Source: Lama guanicoe
Lineage: Eukaryota
NCBI GenBank assembly: GCA_013239625.1
Contig: MU054220.1
Location: forward strand, 3,535,374 to 3,599,373
Reading direction: 5' to 3'
Length of the DNA: 64,000 bases
Each line of letters starts with the position of its first letter. Position 1 is the first letter of the stretch. Position numbers and translations under genes: made by a program. Under the pieces are notes generated by a model, which ran no database searches, had not been told where the DNA came from, and was given only the letters and a program-made list of their open reading frames with translations. Below are positions 26,209 through 37,600 of the stretch, piece after piece.

Positions 26209-27655
26209 AACGACAAAGTTGAGACTGAAACCCACACGTCCTGACATGCTAGTGCTCTCTGCACTGCCCTCCCCCTGCCTGCCCCTCCCCATTATGAGCA
26301 CACAGCAGCCAAATGCAAGGGACCCCATGGGGAGAGTGGCCTGGAGAACGTAGAGGGAGGAGGAGGGGCACCGAGAGGGAGGAGATGTGGCTGAGGGAAG
26401 CCCAGCTGCTGGGACCTCCCCCATTGCTTTCACCAGGCTGGCAGCTGGCTCTGAGGCCCAGGACAGGGAGGCACTGCTGTCACTTCCTTTTGGGGAGGCA
26501 GCTGGTGATGCAGCTTTCGATGCCTCTGCATTGTCCCCAGGGGACAGAATGTCAGGTTGGTGGGACCCCACTCTGGCAGCAGGTGGAGGGGAGGGGTTGT
26601 TAAGCAGCTGGCAAGGCCAGCCTGCCCAGCCCCACGTCCAGCCTCCCCTCCCCTCCCACATGCCTGGGTGTTGGCTGAACAGAGCTGGGGCAGGCGGCCT
26701 GGGGGCCTTGCCTGACATTCTTTCCCCTGACACTGAGCACCAAGTTCCTTCTGCTCATTTTCCTCCCTCCCTCTACCCCTCCATCACTCCAGTCCTTCCC
26801 TCCTCTCCCTCCCCCTCTTCTCTCTCTGTCATTTATTCCTTGTCCCCAGTGTCTTTCCTTTCACCCCTTCATTCCTCTTTCCCTCCCTTCTTCTTGCATT
26901 TTCTTTCTTCCTGCCTTTTCTCCTTCCTCCCTGTCAGGACTCCTCCCCTATCCAGCCCTCCTGGTTACCCTCATCCTCTCACTGCCCATGCCCCACTCTC
27001 TGAGGGCCGTGCCATCCTTGCCACTGGGCACAGGATGGGATAAGAGAACACTGAGGAGCAGCCTGAATGGAAGGTCACATCTGGTCTGGGTGTTCCTGGA
27101 GCCTCCTGTTCCTTGTCCAGCATCAGGGGTCAGGAGAGAATGTGGCTACCTGCCGGCTTGTGGCTCCAGCCCTCCCCAAGATGGGACAAGGGACATAAGT
27201 TCATAAAGCTTCAACTGTATGCTAGCTACTTGCACAGCACTTTATCTTCACCACAGTCCATTGGAGCTAGTTACTGTTACTCCCATTTTATAGATAAGGA
27301 AACTGAGGCTCACAGAGGCAGAGTTGTTAGAAGCCACACCAGAAACAGGTGGGAGCCAGAATATGGTGGATCAGAGCCTCACTGTCAGGCCCCTGCCAGT
27401 CCCGGTCCTGGTCTGACTCTCAGTCCCCATGCCCCTTCGGCAGCCCAGCCCCCCAAGTCCTCACAGAGTTTGAAAGACAAGGAGGGGAAGACAGTAAGTG
27501 CTCAGTGAGGATTGCCTAGGTCTTTGTAACCAGTTTCTTGGCTGTCAGTGCTGCTCAGCCTCAGACTCATATACACAGACATACCCACACACAGGACACA
27601 TCCAGAACGGACAGGACCTTCCACTCACTGCCTGTGTAGGTTTGAGGGCATTTAC

Positions 27656-27932
27656 ATAGTGGTAGTGATGGTGATGGTGGTAGAGGTGGTGATAAAGTTG
27701 GTGATGATGGTGGTGATGATAGTGGTGGCAGTGATGATGCTGAAGGTGGTGATGATGGTGATGATGATGGTGGTGATAACAGTGATGATGATGGTGGACG
27801 TGTTGATGATGGGGATAGTGTTAGTGATGGTGAGAATGGCATAGTTGAATTGGTGATGGGGGAGGGGGTGATGAAGACAGTATTGGTGTTGGTTGTTCTT
27901 GTGATCGTGGTCCTTGTGGTGGTGATGGCGAT
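27656..27932. repeat. Degenerate (GAT/GGT)n triplet low-complexity tract
   Basis: Directly visible; it explains the spurious poly-M/V, poly-T/I and poly-H ORFs. Confidence 0.9.
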
Positions 27933-27987
27933 AAACATCTCGTTTAGCCATACACAGATCTGTAATACACACACGACACATACATAC

Positions 27988-28071
27988 GACAAAGAAAACC
28001 AAGAACATGATCAACACTGATTAATGAGAAAGTGTGTTGACAAACGGACGACGTTTCCAAAAAACCATAAG
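27988..28071 (-). pseudogene. Pseudo-exon, 84 nt: SLWFFGNVVRLSTHFLINQC*
   Basis: ctcattctgagcacag acceptor and gtatgt donor; the phase-2 start matches. FFGNVVRL resembles recalled DNAAF9 PFSGNIYHI. Confidence 0.6.
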
Positions 28072-29633
28072 CTGTGCTCAGAATGAGGCACGACCAGGCC
28101 ACTCGGCCACCCCACAGATGACGCTGTGCCCTCCTCTACACTGCCTCCTGAGTGAGTGCTGCTCCCTAGCCAGTGACGATCCCAGCCCTGCTTTCACCCT
28201 CCAGCCTCCTGGATCAAGATGATCTTGTGCCCAGTTCTGAACAGTACTCATTGCAGACTGAACTCCCTTCCGAAGTCCTCCTTGGAATCATCCAGCAGCA
28301 GCTCAGACCGCAAAGGGGCTTTTTCACACCCGCTCACCAAGATATCCCTGAGCTCTCCCAGGGCTGTGCGCTCCTTTGCAGCTCCAAGCTTAAGGAAGCT
28401 CACATTTTCATGCAATTGTGTTCCCAGATCTTTGGTTGGCTGGTTTCAGTAGCACAACATTCAGCCCGGGGGTAAAGAGGGCAAGCGGGGTGGGGGTGGG
28501 GGGCACAGGCGGAGGGCGCGTGGGGCGTTCAGAAGGCACTGGTAATGTTTCTTCAGCTGGTGGTTCTTATCAGGCCATTCATTTGTTTATTATTTTAAAA
28601 ATAAACATATTCTGTAAAAGGGGCATATGTTATATACCAATTATTGTATATGTATATACTGTTTCACAATAAAAAGTACAAATTAAAAAGTTAATATAGA
28701 AAGAAAACAGAAGCCACATCCCTGCTGAAGGGTAGGGGAAGACTGGACGTATTCAAGGCACCGCTTAGCCTGAGACCAGCAGAACAGTCACAAGGCTGGT
28801 TCTCAGGGCCTGGGGACAACACCCGCTGGAGGGAGGGAGTCTGGACAAGCGAACCTCCCCCCTTTCTCAGGACCCTCCTTCACCCACTCGCATCCCTGAC
28901 CCAGGCCCTGATGCTACTTTTCTTGGGGAGAAGAGGAGGGCCTTTGTTTATTTAGATTCTTGATGTCCTTAAATGGTTGGGTTTTTTGGTTTTTTTTTTT
29001 TAATCTATGTGCCTGAAGTTAACTTCATCCCCCCAAACAGCTAGGACATCAGCAGCCAGAGGACAGGCTGGAAGGGAGGTGAGAGGAGGACAGCTGGATC
29101 AGAATAGGAGGAGGCAGGTCCTGAACAGCTCTGGCGGCCCCTCCTCCACTTCAGGAAAGAAGAGACAAGGCCCAGACAGGGATGGGAGGAGCATGTGAGG
29201 AGTCCGTGAGGAGCAGGCATTCCCTCAGCATGTCAGTGACATCATGGGAGTTCCAAATTGCTTGTCTGCTTTGATCTCTGTTAAATCATTTCCTACCCCT
29301 GGGCCTTGGCACCTGCTCTTCCTTCTGCCTGGATCATCCTTTCTTTGGTGCTTCTAATGACAAGCACCTTTCCATTCAGGTCTATAAAACAACCTCCTGA
29401 ATACAGCTTCCCCTACCCCTGGCCACCTACAGGAGGCGCCACCTGCCCCACACACCTGGTCCTGGTTCAGCACACTATCCTGAGAGAGTTCAGGGTGCTG
29501 ACTGCAGGCTGGATGGGTGGAGGTTGCTTTTTGACAGGCATCTATACCTTCACACAGCGATTTCTCTTCTGTTTTCTGTTTACTTTTGCAGCTACCTCTG
29601 AAAATCAAATCGTACTTCTACAATTGTATTTAC

Positions 29634-29726
29634 CTAAGCGGTTTGAAGCAGTCACTTATTTAGCATGGGAACTACACTCCTCTCGGCAGGTTAATCACAG
29701 CTATTGTGAACACTTGAGAGCGATTC
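29634..29726 (-). pseudogene. Pseudo-exon, 93 nt: NRSQVFTIAVINLPRGV*FPC*ISDCFKPL
   Basis: ttcatttcag acceptor and AG|gtaaat donor; phase 2 to 2 is continuous with both neighbours. Two stops. Confidence 0.58.
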
Positions 29727-29855
29727 CTGAAATGAATCCAAGCCAGAAAATGTGTTATTTTACCCAAAGAATACACTCTGGCATGCCGGTTATTTCTTTT
29801 TAGTGAAGCTTGGTATTATTTAACAGGCATAAGCTTTGATTCCTGAACTTTTAAC

Positions 29856-29898
29856 CTTTTGGACTTGAAATATGAAATAGAGTCGTTTTTAGATAAAA
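29856..29898 (-). pseudogene. Pseudo-exon, 43 nt: LLSKNDSISYFKSKR
   Basis: ctctatttcag acceptor and AAG|gttaaa donor; phase 1 to 2. Resembles recalled DNAAF9 LILSENSFSS. Confidence 0.55.
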
Positions 29899-30065
29899 CT
29901 GAAATAGAGCAGTTTCAGCTTTGGCCATGAGAAACTTCAAATTTGGGGCTAGGAGGTGAATTCTGTTTTCATTTCCTTGGTGTTTCATTTCCAAGAAAAG
30001 CAGTACAAGATTTCCTGCTTTTTAATTTCCCAGATGATTTATAGATTTAGCACAGCATTATTTAC

Positions 30066-30093
30066 GGGAAGACATCAGAAGAAAATAATCTTT
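30066..30093 (-). pseudogene. Pseudo micro-exon, 28 nt: KDYFLLMSS
   Basis: Very strong acceptor ttctttctgttgttgcag and donor gtaaat; phase 0 to 1 joins the next exon. Confidence 0.55.
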
Positions 30094-30169
30094 CTGCAAC
30101 AACAGAAAGAATTTCGAGAGACATTATTAAATTAATAGTCTTCTTGCTTCCATGGTCAGATCTTTCCCT

Positions 30170-30710
30170 GCTTAGAACTTTGCCGGGGATCTCCCAAACT
30201 TAGGATGGAGCCTGAATTCTTCAGGAGAGCCCACATCCTTAAAAAGACCTGGCTCCCATCTTTCTTCACTTATCTGCTGCCCCAGTGCTCTGTGCCTCAG
30301 TATGATTGACCCTCTCTAGTTTCCCAAACAAAATCTGCCCTCGCTCTCTCCCTCCTTTTTCTTTACAAATGCCGTTCCCTCTGCCAGGCTTGCTCAGCCT
30401 CCCTTCCCACTACTCATCAGTCTTTCCTAGCACAGCCTAGATGTCACTTCTTTCAAGAAGCCTTCCCTGATACTCCTGAATGAATGAGTGATGCATTCCC
30501 CTTCTCTTCGCTTGGACAGCTCCCCAGATGTTCTCTATCAGAATGCTTTTCCTGCTATGTCATCCTCGCCATCCTCTGTCTGCCTGCTTCGCTAGACTGT
30601 AAGCTCTGTGAGGGCAGGCACCATGTTTATTTGCTCACTACAGGATCCCTAGGGTCTGCCATGATGCTTGACACATAGTAGGTGCTTAGTTAGTGCTGGG
30701 TGAATGAATG
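30170..30710 (+). mobile_element. L2 LINE 3' fragment
   Basis: gactgtaagctctgtgagggcagg...cacatagtaggtgctt...gaatgaatg terminus. Confidence 0.75.
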
Positions 30711-32410
30711 GACACATAGCCAGAATTTGATCGTTGTCCACCAAATGCTGGTTATCATATCCCTTACAGTTTATCATTAATAGCTCTTAAATGGTTTTCT
30801 CTTCTTCATTAATCTGACCATTCACTCCATCCATCCACTCAGTTATCTATATATTCATCCACCCATCCATCCATTCATATATTTCTGTGGGTAGGCAGAA
30901 TCAATGAGGATGAAGTTGTAGGAAGTCTTAGGAAAAGAAGAAAATCAGGATCTCTGATGTTAATGTCAGAATATAGATCAGACCCAGCAAGTCAGGACCT
31001 AGGCAGGGAATGAGGGACAGTGAGAAATGCATCATCCAGCAGAAGCTAAAGCAATTCAAGCCTCACACACATACAGGATCCGGTGAATGTTGACTCTCCC
31101 CTCCTCTCCCAGTTTCCCTCCCCTGCTCCTTTCTTTCTTCCTCCACTAAGCTTTCATGGGGACCTCTCTCCGAGCCAGGCCCTGTCCCCAGGGCTGTTGA
31201 ATCAGACCTAGATTTCAGCTCTAAAGATGCTCTGAGTTTATAGGGTAGGCACAAAGATTAATACAAAATTGCAAAGTGTCCTGTGCTGTAAGAGAGGCCC
31301 AGATAATGTTTCCTGAGAAGGGAAGGCTACATGGAGGAGGGGACATTTGAACTGGATCTTGATGGATGGGTAAAATTTTGATATGTGAGAATAAGGAAAG
31401 AACTTTCTAGAAGGAAGTGATTAAATGAGCAAAGGCACAGAGGTGGGATAAATCCAGGCAGGTCTCTGGACTCCAGCAAGGGTGGGAAGATCACAGCCCC
31501 AGCCTTGGAGACCAGCTGGAGAATTGAGTAACTCATTCATCTGACAAATTTATTTGTTTACTTGTTTGTATTAGTATTTACATTGTCAGTTTAGGGCCTA
31601 TTGCTCCATCCTTGGTGGCCTGGCCTGCTCACCTGCCTCTAGCCTTGTCCCTCCTCTTCTCCCCTGCAGGCAGCAGAATCTCCTTAAAGAAATGTATCGT
31701 GGTGCCCTCTCCCTGTCTATAGCCAGTCATGGCTCCCTAGTGCCCTGAACATAGATTCTAAATTCCTTATCCCCGCCCTGACTACCCACTCTGTGCTGGG
31801 GGCAGATACTGATCCCCTGGGGACCCTTGCCCCACTTCCCAGGATGAGCTGAAGGCCCCTCCCACACGACCACACACGTTGCTGCCTGTTTATTTGTCCA
31901 GCTTCTCCCCTGGACTGTGAGCTCCTCAGAAGGGAGACTGTGATGCTCACCCCTCTGTCGCCTTTCCAACCCCAGCTCAGGAGCGCCTGGTGTGGAGCAG
32001 ACACTGAGGATGGGGTCGGAAGGGCAGAAGAAAGAAGGCCTTAGATGGGGTAGGGTGGGATGTCTCTGTCTCCCCCATCCCAGCTCCCTGCATCCCCTTG
32101 GGAGGGGCCCAAGTGGTGAGGAGGGGCGGCTGCTGCCACAGCCAGAAGGTGTAAAGTGGGACAGTCGCACCAGGGAAGAGGCCCTGGGAAATCTGGCAGC
32201 TCTGAGGCTGCCTCCAGGCGGCAGGAAGGAGGCGGCAGGGATGCCCTGCCCCGGCAGGCAGGCGGCAGTCTGAGTCCAACCCCTACCCAGGGTCTGGGTG
32301 GGAAGAAGCCATCCTCCCCGTCGTGGTCTGGCCAAGAAGCACCGTGACTCTGAACTCTGCATTCATTTTGCCCTTTCTCCCTTTCTCTCTATTCATCTTT
32401 CCAGCTAGAC

Positions 32411-32544
32411 CCGCTTGGGGCTATTTTTGCTTCCTCCTTGTTTGGCTGCCTGAGCAGCCTTGTGGCTTTAATTGGCCCATTTTCTGCGTGTTGGAAAGAC
32501 GTTTGCCTCCTGGTCTCGCTGCCCACCCCCACCACCCATGAGGC
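32411..32544 (-). pseudogene. Candidate pseudo-exon, 134 nt: ASWVVGVGSETRRQ...
   Basis: Strong acceptor cttctagcttttactctcag and weak donor gtctag. WVVGVG could correspond to the CobW_C LVFIG strand. Confidence 0.4.
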
Positions 32545-32889
32545 CTGAGAGTAAAAGCTAGAAGTGAGGCTAATTATGCAGAGAAAAGCGGACGGAGACA
32601 CACAGCTCAGGAGAAGGAAAAAAATGACAGAAACAGAGACTGAGAGAGAGAGGGAGGGAGGGGATCAGCAACACAGAAGAGCAGGAGCCTGGAGGATAAA
32701 GACCCAAGTAAATAATCGAAGGAAGAGAGAGAAACACAGAAAGACAAAGAGAGACAAAGAAACAGATGGATTTTTGTTCATACTGAGCGACAAGAAAAAG
32801 ACAGAGACGCCCGGCCACCTTGAGGAGGGCGACGGGGGGATGGGGGTGTAGGGAGCGATACGTCCAGGGAGGCTGGGGAAGGGGGTCAG

Positions 32890-33021
32890 CGCATCGAGGT
32901 CTCCAGCAAGCATCCTGCTTCTCTGGGCCTCCGTGTGACACAGGGCTATCAGATCACAGATTCGTACTATCTGCAGGGGATTGTTGGCAAGGATGGCAAA
33001 CCGTTTTGTAAACGGTAAGAT
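32890..33021 (-). pseudogene. Pseudo-exon: ILPFTKRFAILANNPLQIVRICDLIALC (CobW_C-like; boundaries uncertain)
   Basis: Candidate acceptors at 33022 (cttgtaaag) or 32971 (cccctgcag). IVRICDLI resembles CobW_C ILRAKGIL and ZNG1 VIRLKGLV. Confidence 0.45.
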
Positions 33022-33621
33022 CTTTACAAGTGGCGGGGGGAGGGGAGGATTACTCTGAGGTGTGGGGCTTTTCGTGTGTCCATCTTCGTGCCTTTTGCAT
33101 TTCATAGAGTTAGGGTCGGGAAGACAGTGCTTGCCAGGCTAACTTGTTGTTGATTCCTGTAACAAACACTAGCTGATCACCTACTGACCGTGTCCAGCCT
33201 CCTCTCGGGCTCTGAAGATGCAAGGTGACCAGGCCCTGCCACTGACCTCCTGCTCAAGGTGGGGCCCACATTAGAGGATGAGTGAATGTTTGTCGACAAC
33301 CTTTTAAGGAGGAGTTGCTGAGACTGAAAGCGCCACTGTCCCCTGACATTTGCTGTAGCTGAGGGGTGTCTGGAGTGGGGAGTCCCTAACTCCCCCTGGG
33401 TGCAGTCACGGACAGCTTCCCAGAGGAGGCAACATGGAAGGAGGCCTTGAAGGCTTTCTCGAGTCTAAGGCAGGGAAGGAGTTCCAGGCAGAGGGATCAG
33501 CCTATGGAAAGCACAGGGATGTGGAAGTGAGGGGAGGGGGGCACCCAAGTAACGGACAGTGAAGGTGGGGGAACAGGGTGATGAATCTGGGAAGGTCTGT
33601 GGGGCTGGATTTTCTGAATGC

Positions 33622-33705
33622 CAGAAAAGGAGTTCGGGTAAATCGATGGTGATGTCCAGCAAAAGAATAGCACGATCAAATCTGATTCTTCTCAGAGAAA
33701 TTCCA
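33622..33705 (-). pseudogene. Pseudo-exon: GISLRRIRFDRAILLLDITIDLPELLFW (CobW_C-like first strand and helix)
   Basis: cttgtatcag acceptor. Hydrophobic strand plus D.PE...W resembles the CobW_C pattern FDPERLEAW; donor degenerate. Confidence 0.5.
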
Positions 33706-34006
33706 CTGATACAAGCCCAGATTTGAGGGGAGGGATGGGACCTGGGGCTGGGAGAGCGTGATGGGGCTGTGCACAGGTCCAGGAGAGAGAAAGGGGCTGG
33801 ATGGGGAAGGAAGGGCCATGGGTGAACGGTCCTGCGCTGGGCCAGCTGGCTGGGGGCATTTAGCCACAGAAACCCAGAGAGGGGCTTCATGGCAGCTTTG
33901 AGACCAGCTAGTTCCTGGCTGTCAAACTCAGGTGACTTCAGGGGCCATGGAAGGTAGCTGGAGTGAGACAGCAGGAGATGGCGGGGCCTGGGCCAAACTG
34001 GGGTAC

Positions 34007-34024
34007 ATCTTTGCGCTGCAATTT
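34007..34024 (-). pseudogene. Candidate 18-nt pseudo micro-exon
   Basis: Strong acceptor atcttgttttccag and donor gtaccc. Confidence 0.35.
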
Positions 34025-34561
34025 CTGGAAAACAAGATGTTTGTTGAAAGAAATGGCTGGTTGAATCAGTCCCTCAGGCACCCCTAGTTTTTGACCTCTG
34101 ACTTCACTCCTCCTCCACATTTCATGAGAGGGCAAACTGAGGCCCAGAGTGGGCAAGAGACTTGTCCAAGCATGAGCCCCCTGTACTCGTCATCCAGCGG
34201 GGTGAACACCCCCATTTACAGAGGCAACACTCATTTCAGCAAAATGACTCAACCCCTTCCTCCACCACGGACTGAGGGAAGGAGAAACAGAGGGGTAGGG
34301 AACTGCTGATCACCTGATGAGAAATAATTGATGGTGGTGGGAGGGGGAAGGCCAGCTTAATGAGAAGGCAGCTGGGGTGGACACGTCATGGTAAGAACAA
34401 ACAGGGAGGGAAGATAGAATGAGGGTCCCCAAGGGGAGGTGCTCCAACTCCTGGGCTGAGCTAACCAAGGCCCACAGCCATTAGCCAGCTGCCAGGCAGG
34501 GGGCCTGGGCCAGGGCTGGGGCAGCTCAACCTCAAAGGCCCAAATCATCCCAGCCTGGGGC

Positions 34562-34607
34562 CTGCTGGGCTGCTCATTATTCGAAGCAGAAACCCTGCCA
34601 AGCTGGA
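34562..34607 (-). pseudogene. Pseudo-exon: (I)QLGRVSASNNEQ (3' end uncertain)
   Basis: ttattctctaaag acceptor with a phase-1 start. GRV resembles the end of CobW G-domains (e.g. HGRVDL). Confidence 0.45.
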
Positions 34608-37600
34608 CTTTAGAGAATAATCATCACAACCAATAATAATGCTTCCCACCTGCTCTGAGCTTTTAACTTGTTTGGCTCCAAGCAAGCAGCTTTGTCTCAT
34701 TCAGAGAGAACGGGCAGCAGGGTGTGCAGCAGGCCCAAAGAGCAGGAAAGAGTCCAGCAGAGGTCAAAGACAGCCCATTTTATCTCCTTGAGTCTCAGTT
34801 TTCTCGGCTGTAAAATGGAGATGCTGGTCTCTGCCTCTGTTTATCTTTTCAGCCTCATCTTCTACCTCAGACCTCCATGATCTTTCTCGTGCCACCTAAA
34901 ACTACACACATCATTACAATCAGAACTGTGGGTTGTCTCCTCTGAGGTGTCTGGCTTTGTTCTGCTTTGAATGCAAATCTGTTCCAGGATAAAAAAAACA
35001 TCACTGTGAACTCCTCTTCATCCTACAGAGCCCTATACTGCCTTCTCCATGAAGTCCTCCCTGATTCTCTTTCAACAGAGCTAATCACTCCCTTCTGGGC
35101 CACCACTGTTCTGTGTACATTATCATAAGATATTATGCTTATATCTTTTCCCATCTCTTTCCCCACCAGTCTGGAACTTGCTTGAGGCCAGGGAGACTAG
35201 CACTTACTTACCTCTATATTCCCAAAGCCCAGAACAAGTCTAGCACACTGCAAGTACTTAAGCAATAGTTTCTGAATTGAATGATCACACCAGTTTATGT
35301 TTGTCACTTTCTGTATCTGTTTCCTCCACTAGATTGGGAGCCTCCCGAGGGCAGGTCTGAGGCCTATTCATGTTTATATGTAGTACCTGGCACAGAGGAG
35401 GTCCCTGAGAAGGGTAGGCAGGTGGCTGAACAAAGGAAAGCACTTTGTTCATTGTAAAGCAAGATATATGGGAAAGGAAAGATGAAGAAAAAACCCTTAG
35501 ATGGAAGAGAAGTTAGATGAACATGTCATTCAGAGTGTGTGTCCTTAAGGTGGTGGGTGTGTCTTTCTGCCTGTCCCTGAACATATGTCTGCATATGTGT
35601 GTCTGGGTGTCATTTGTGGGGTTGTGTGTGCAAGTATGAAAGGACGTAGATGTGGTTTGCCCTGTGTGTGCGTATGCATTATTGTTTGTGGCGCAGTGGT
35701 GTTAGTGTATTACTGCGTGTAAGTGTTCTAGAGTCTATGGGTAAGTCTGTGTGTGTGGCTGTATATGTGTCTGTGGTTTGTGTGGCAGTGTGTGCCTGTA
35801 TGTGTGTCTGTAGACGTAATGTGTATCATCAGAGTTTGGAAGAAGAAGTAGGAGGGAGAAAAATAGACAGAATCTGCAGAAAATAGACAGAATCTGCAGT
35901 TGTCACAGGCCAAGTGCAAAGAGCAAGAAGGCACAGCATTGCCAGCCCACATTCCATGCACATCCCATCCCCAGAGTCTACTCCATTCATTCATTCCTTC
36001 ACTCACTAGTGCTGACTCTGCTGCGCCCTCTGCTGATTGCTCAGGATCTGACATGTCTCCTCCAGGCATGTCCAATTTCGGGGGGGGGGTGAGGTGGGGG
36101 TGAGGCAAACATGCAATAAACAGCCACGAACCTGTGCAATCAGCACCACCATACAGGGGCTGTGGGAGCCACAAGGATAGGCCCCTAAGTTGGGGTGTCA
36201 GAGCAGGCTTCCTATAGTAGATACCATCCCAGCTGAGCCCCTAGACAATCGTGTTGCCTGGGATGTCTTTCCTAGGCAACCAGATGTGCTGAGTCTGCTG
36301 TGGGCCTCTGCCACGGGCCTCCTGCCTGGGGGGCCCCTCCTCTCCTCCAGGTGCCAGCTCAGCTTGGTTTGCTGGAAGCCCCACCTTTGCTGTCCCCCTG
36401 CCCCCCTCCCTGGTGGGTGTGGACTTGTGCGTACCCAGCCTATCTGCTAGCCTGACGGTTCCTAGTGGGCAGGGGAATATTTTTCATGGTCTCTTCCGCA
36501 TCCCACCCGCAGGGCTGGGTGGCAGGAGGTTCAGACCTGTGCGGCTGGACTGACCTGCAAATTCTACAGCCAAGTGTGGACAAAAAAAACCAAACTGGTT
36601 GACAAAGGAAGCTGATCAGCAGACCAAACTCTGGGTGAGAAAAGATCAGGCTCTTGTAACTAATGTGATTTTAAATCCTTATTCACAGGCAGGCCTAGAA
36701 TTCTTTTTGTTTTTTTTTCTTCTTCTATTTAAGAAAAAAACTTGAGAGAATGAGATGGCAAACGTGCCAGAATTCTGAAGGCTTCAATTCCATTTAGTGC
36801 CTCTGTCTCTTACTGAGCACCTGTTATGCACCAAGACCAGTGATGCACACGCAGAGCCAGGAAGCTGTGGCCCAGGGTGAGATATGGGACTGGGATGTGA
36901 CTCAGTCCCCTGCCTGGGGCTGCAGAAGGAGGGCAGCTCCTGTTTGGTTGGAAGAGAATCTGGAAGGGCTTCATGGCGGAGGTGATATTTGAGATGCACT
37001 CTGAAGAAGGAAAGATGTTTTTGAGGAAGAGCTCAGCATGTGCAAAGGCCCAGAGGTAGGAATGGTGGATATTTTTCAAAGAATAATAAGCAGTGCCCTT
37101 TGACTTTAAACCCAAACGCTGGTCAATCCAGGGAGACATGGAGTAGTGCAGTGAACTCAAATGTGAAAAACTAGTGCCAGCCTGGGCTCCAGTCCTCCAT
37201 GACAAGCTGTGTGGCCTTATTCCATCTACTTTTCCTCTATGCGGGCTTGTTTATGGGTGGTAGGACCACAGACAGGAAATTCTGTCTAAGGAGCTGTGTG
37301 CTTGCTCTCACGTCCCTGCCATGTGCTCCCGGGGCAGACACTGCTCACAAACTCACTGTGATGAGTTTTTGCATGTCGTGTTTAAGAAAGCAACGTGGTA
37401 GGTAAGAGCACAGGCTCCAGAGCCAGACTACATAGGTTAAAAATCCCAGCTCCGAATCCTGGGGCAAGGTTCCTAATTTTTCTGTGCCTCAGTTTCCTCA
37501 GCTGTAAAGTGGGGATAGTAACGATATCTATGTCATAGTAGGTATGACAATGAGTGAGCAAACAGATGCAAGATGTTTAGAGTGGTGCCAGGCACACACC

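Noticed and set aside
26140..27043. Overlapping 197-218 aa ORFs
   Set aside because: GC-rich, low-complexity sequence with no recognisable domain or splice structure.
27548..28017. Met/Val-, Thr/Ile- and His-rich ORFs
   Set aside because: Products of a degenerate GAT/GGT triplet tract.
29306..29803. 165-aa plus-strand ORF with an acceptor-like ttttgcag
   Set aside because: Starts in repeat-like sequence, has no recognisable homology, and overlaps better-supported minus-strand pseudo-exons.
34010..34063. Plus-strand RCNFWKTRC resembling somatostatin/urotensin peptides
   Set aside because: No signal peptide, no dibasic cleavage site and wrong cysteine spacing; the same bases form a minus-strand acceptor.
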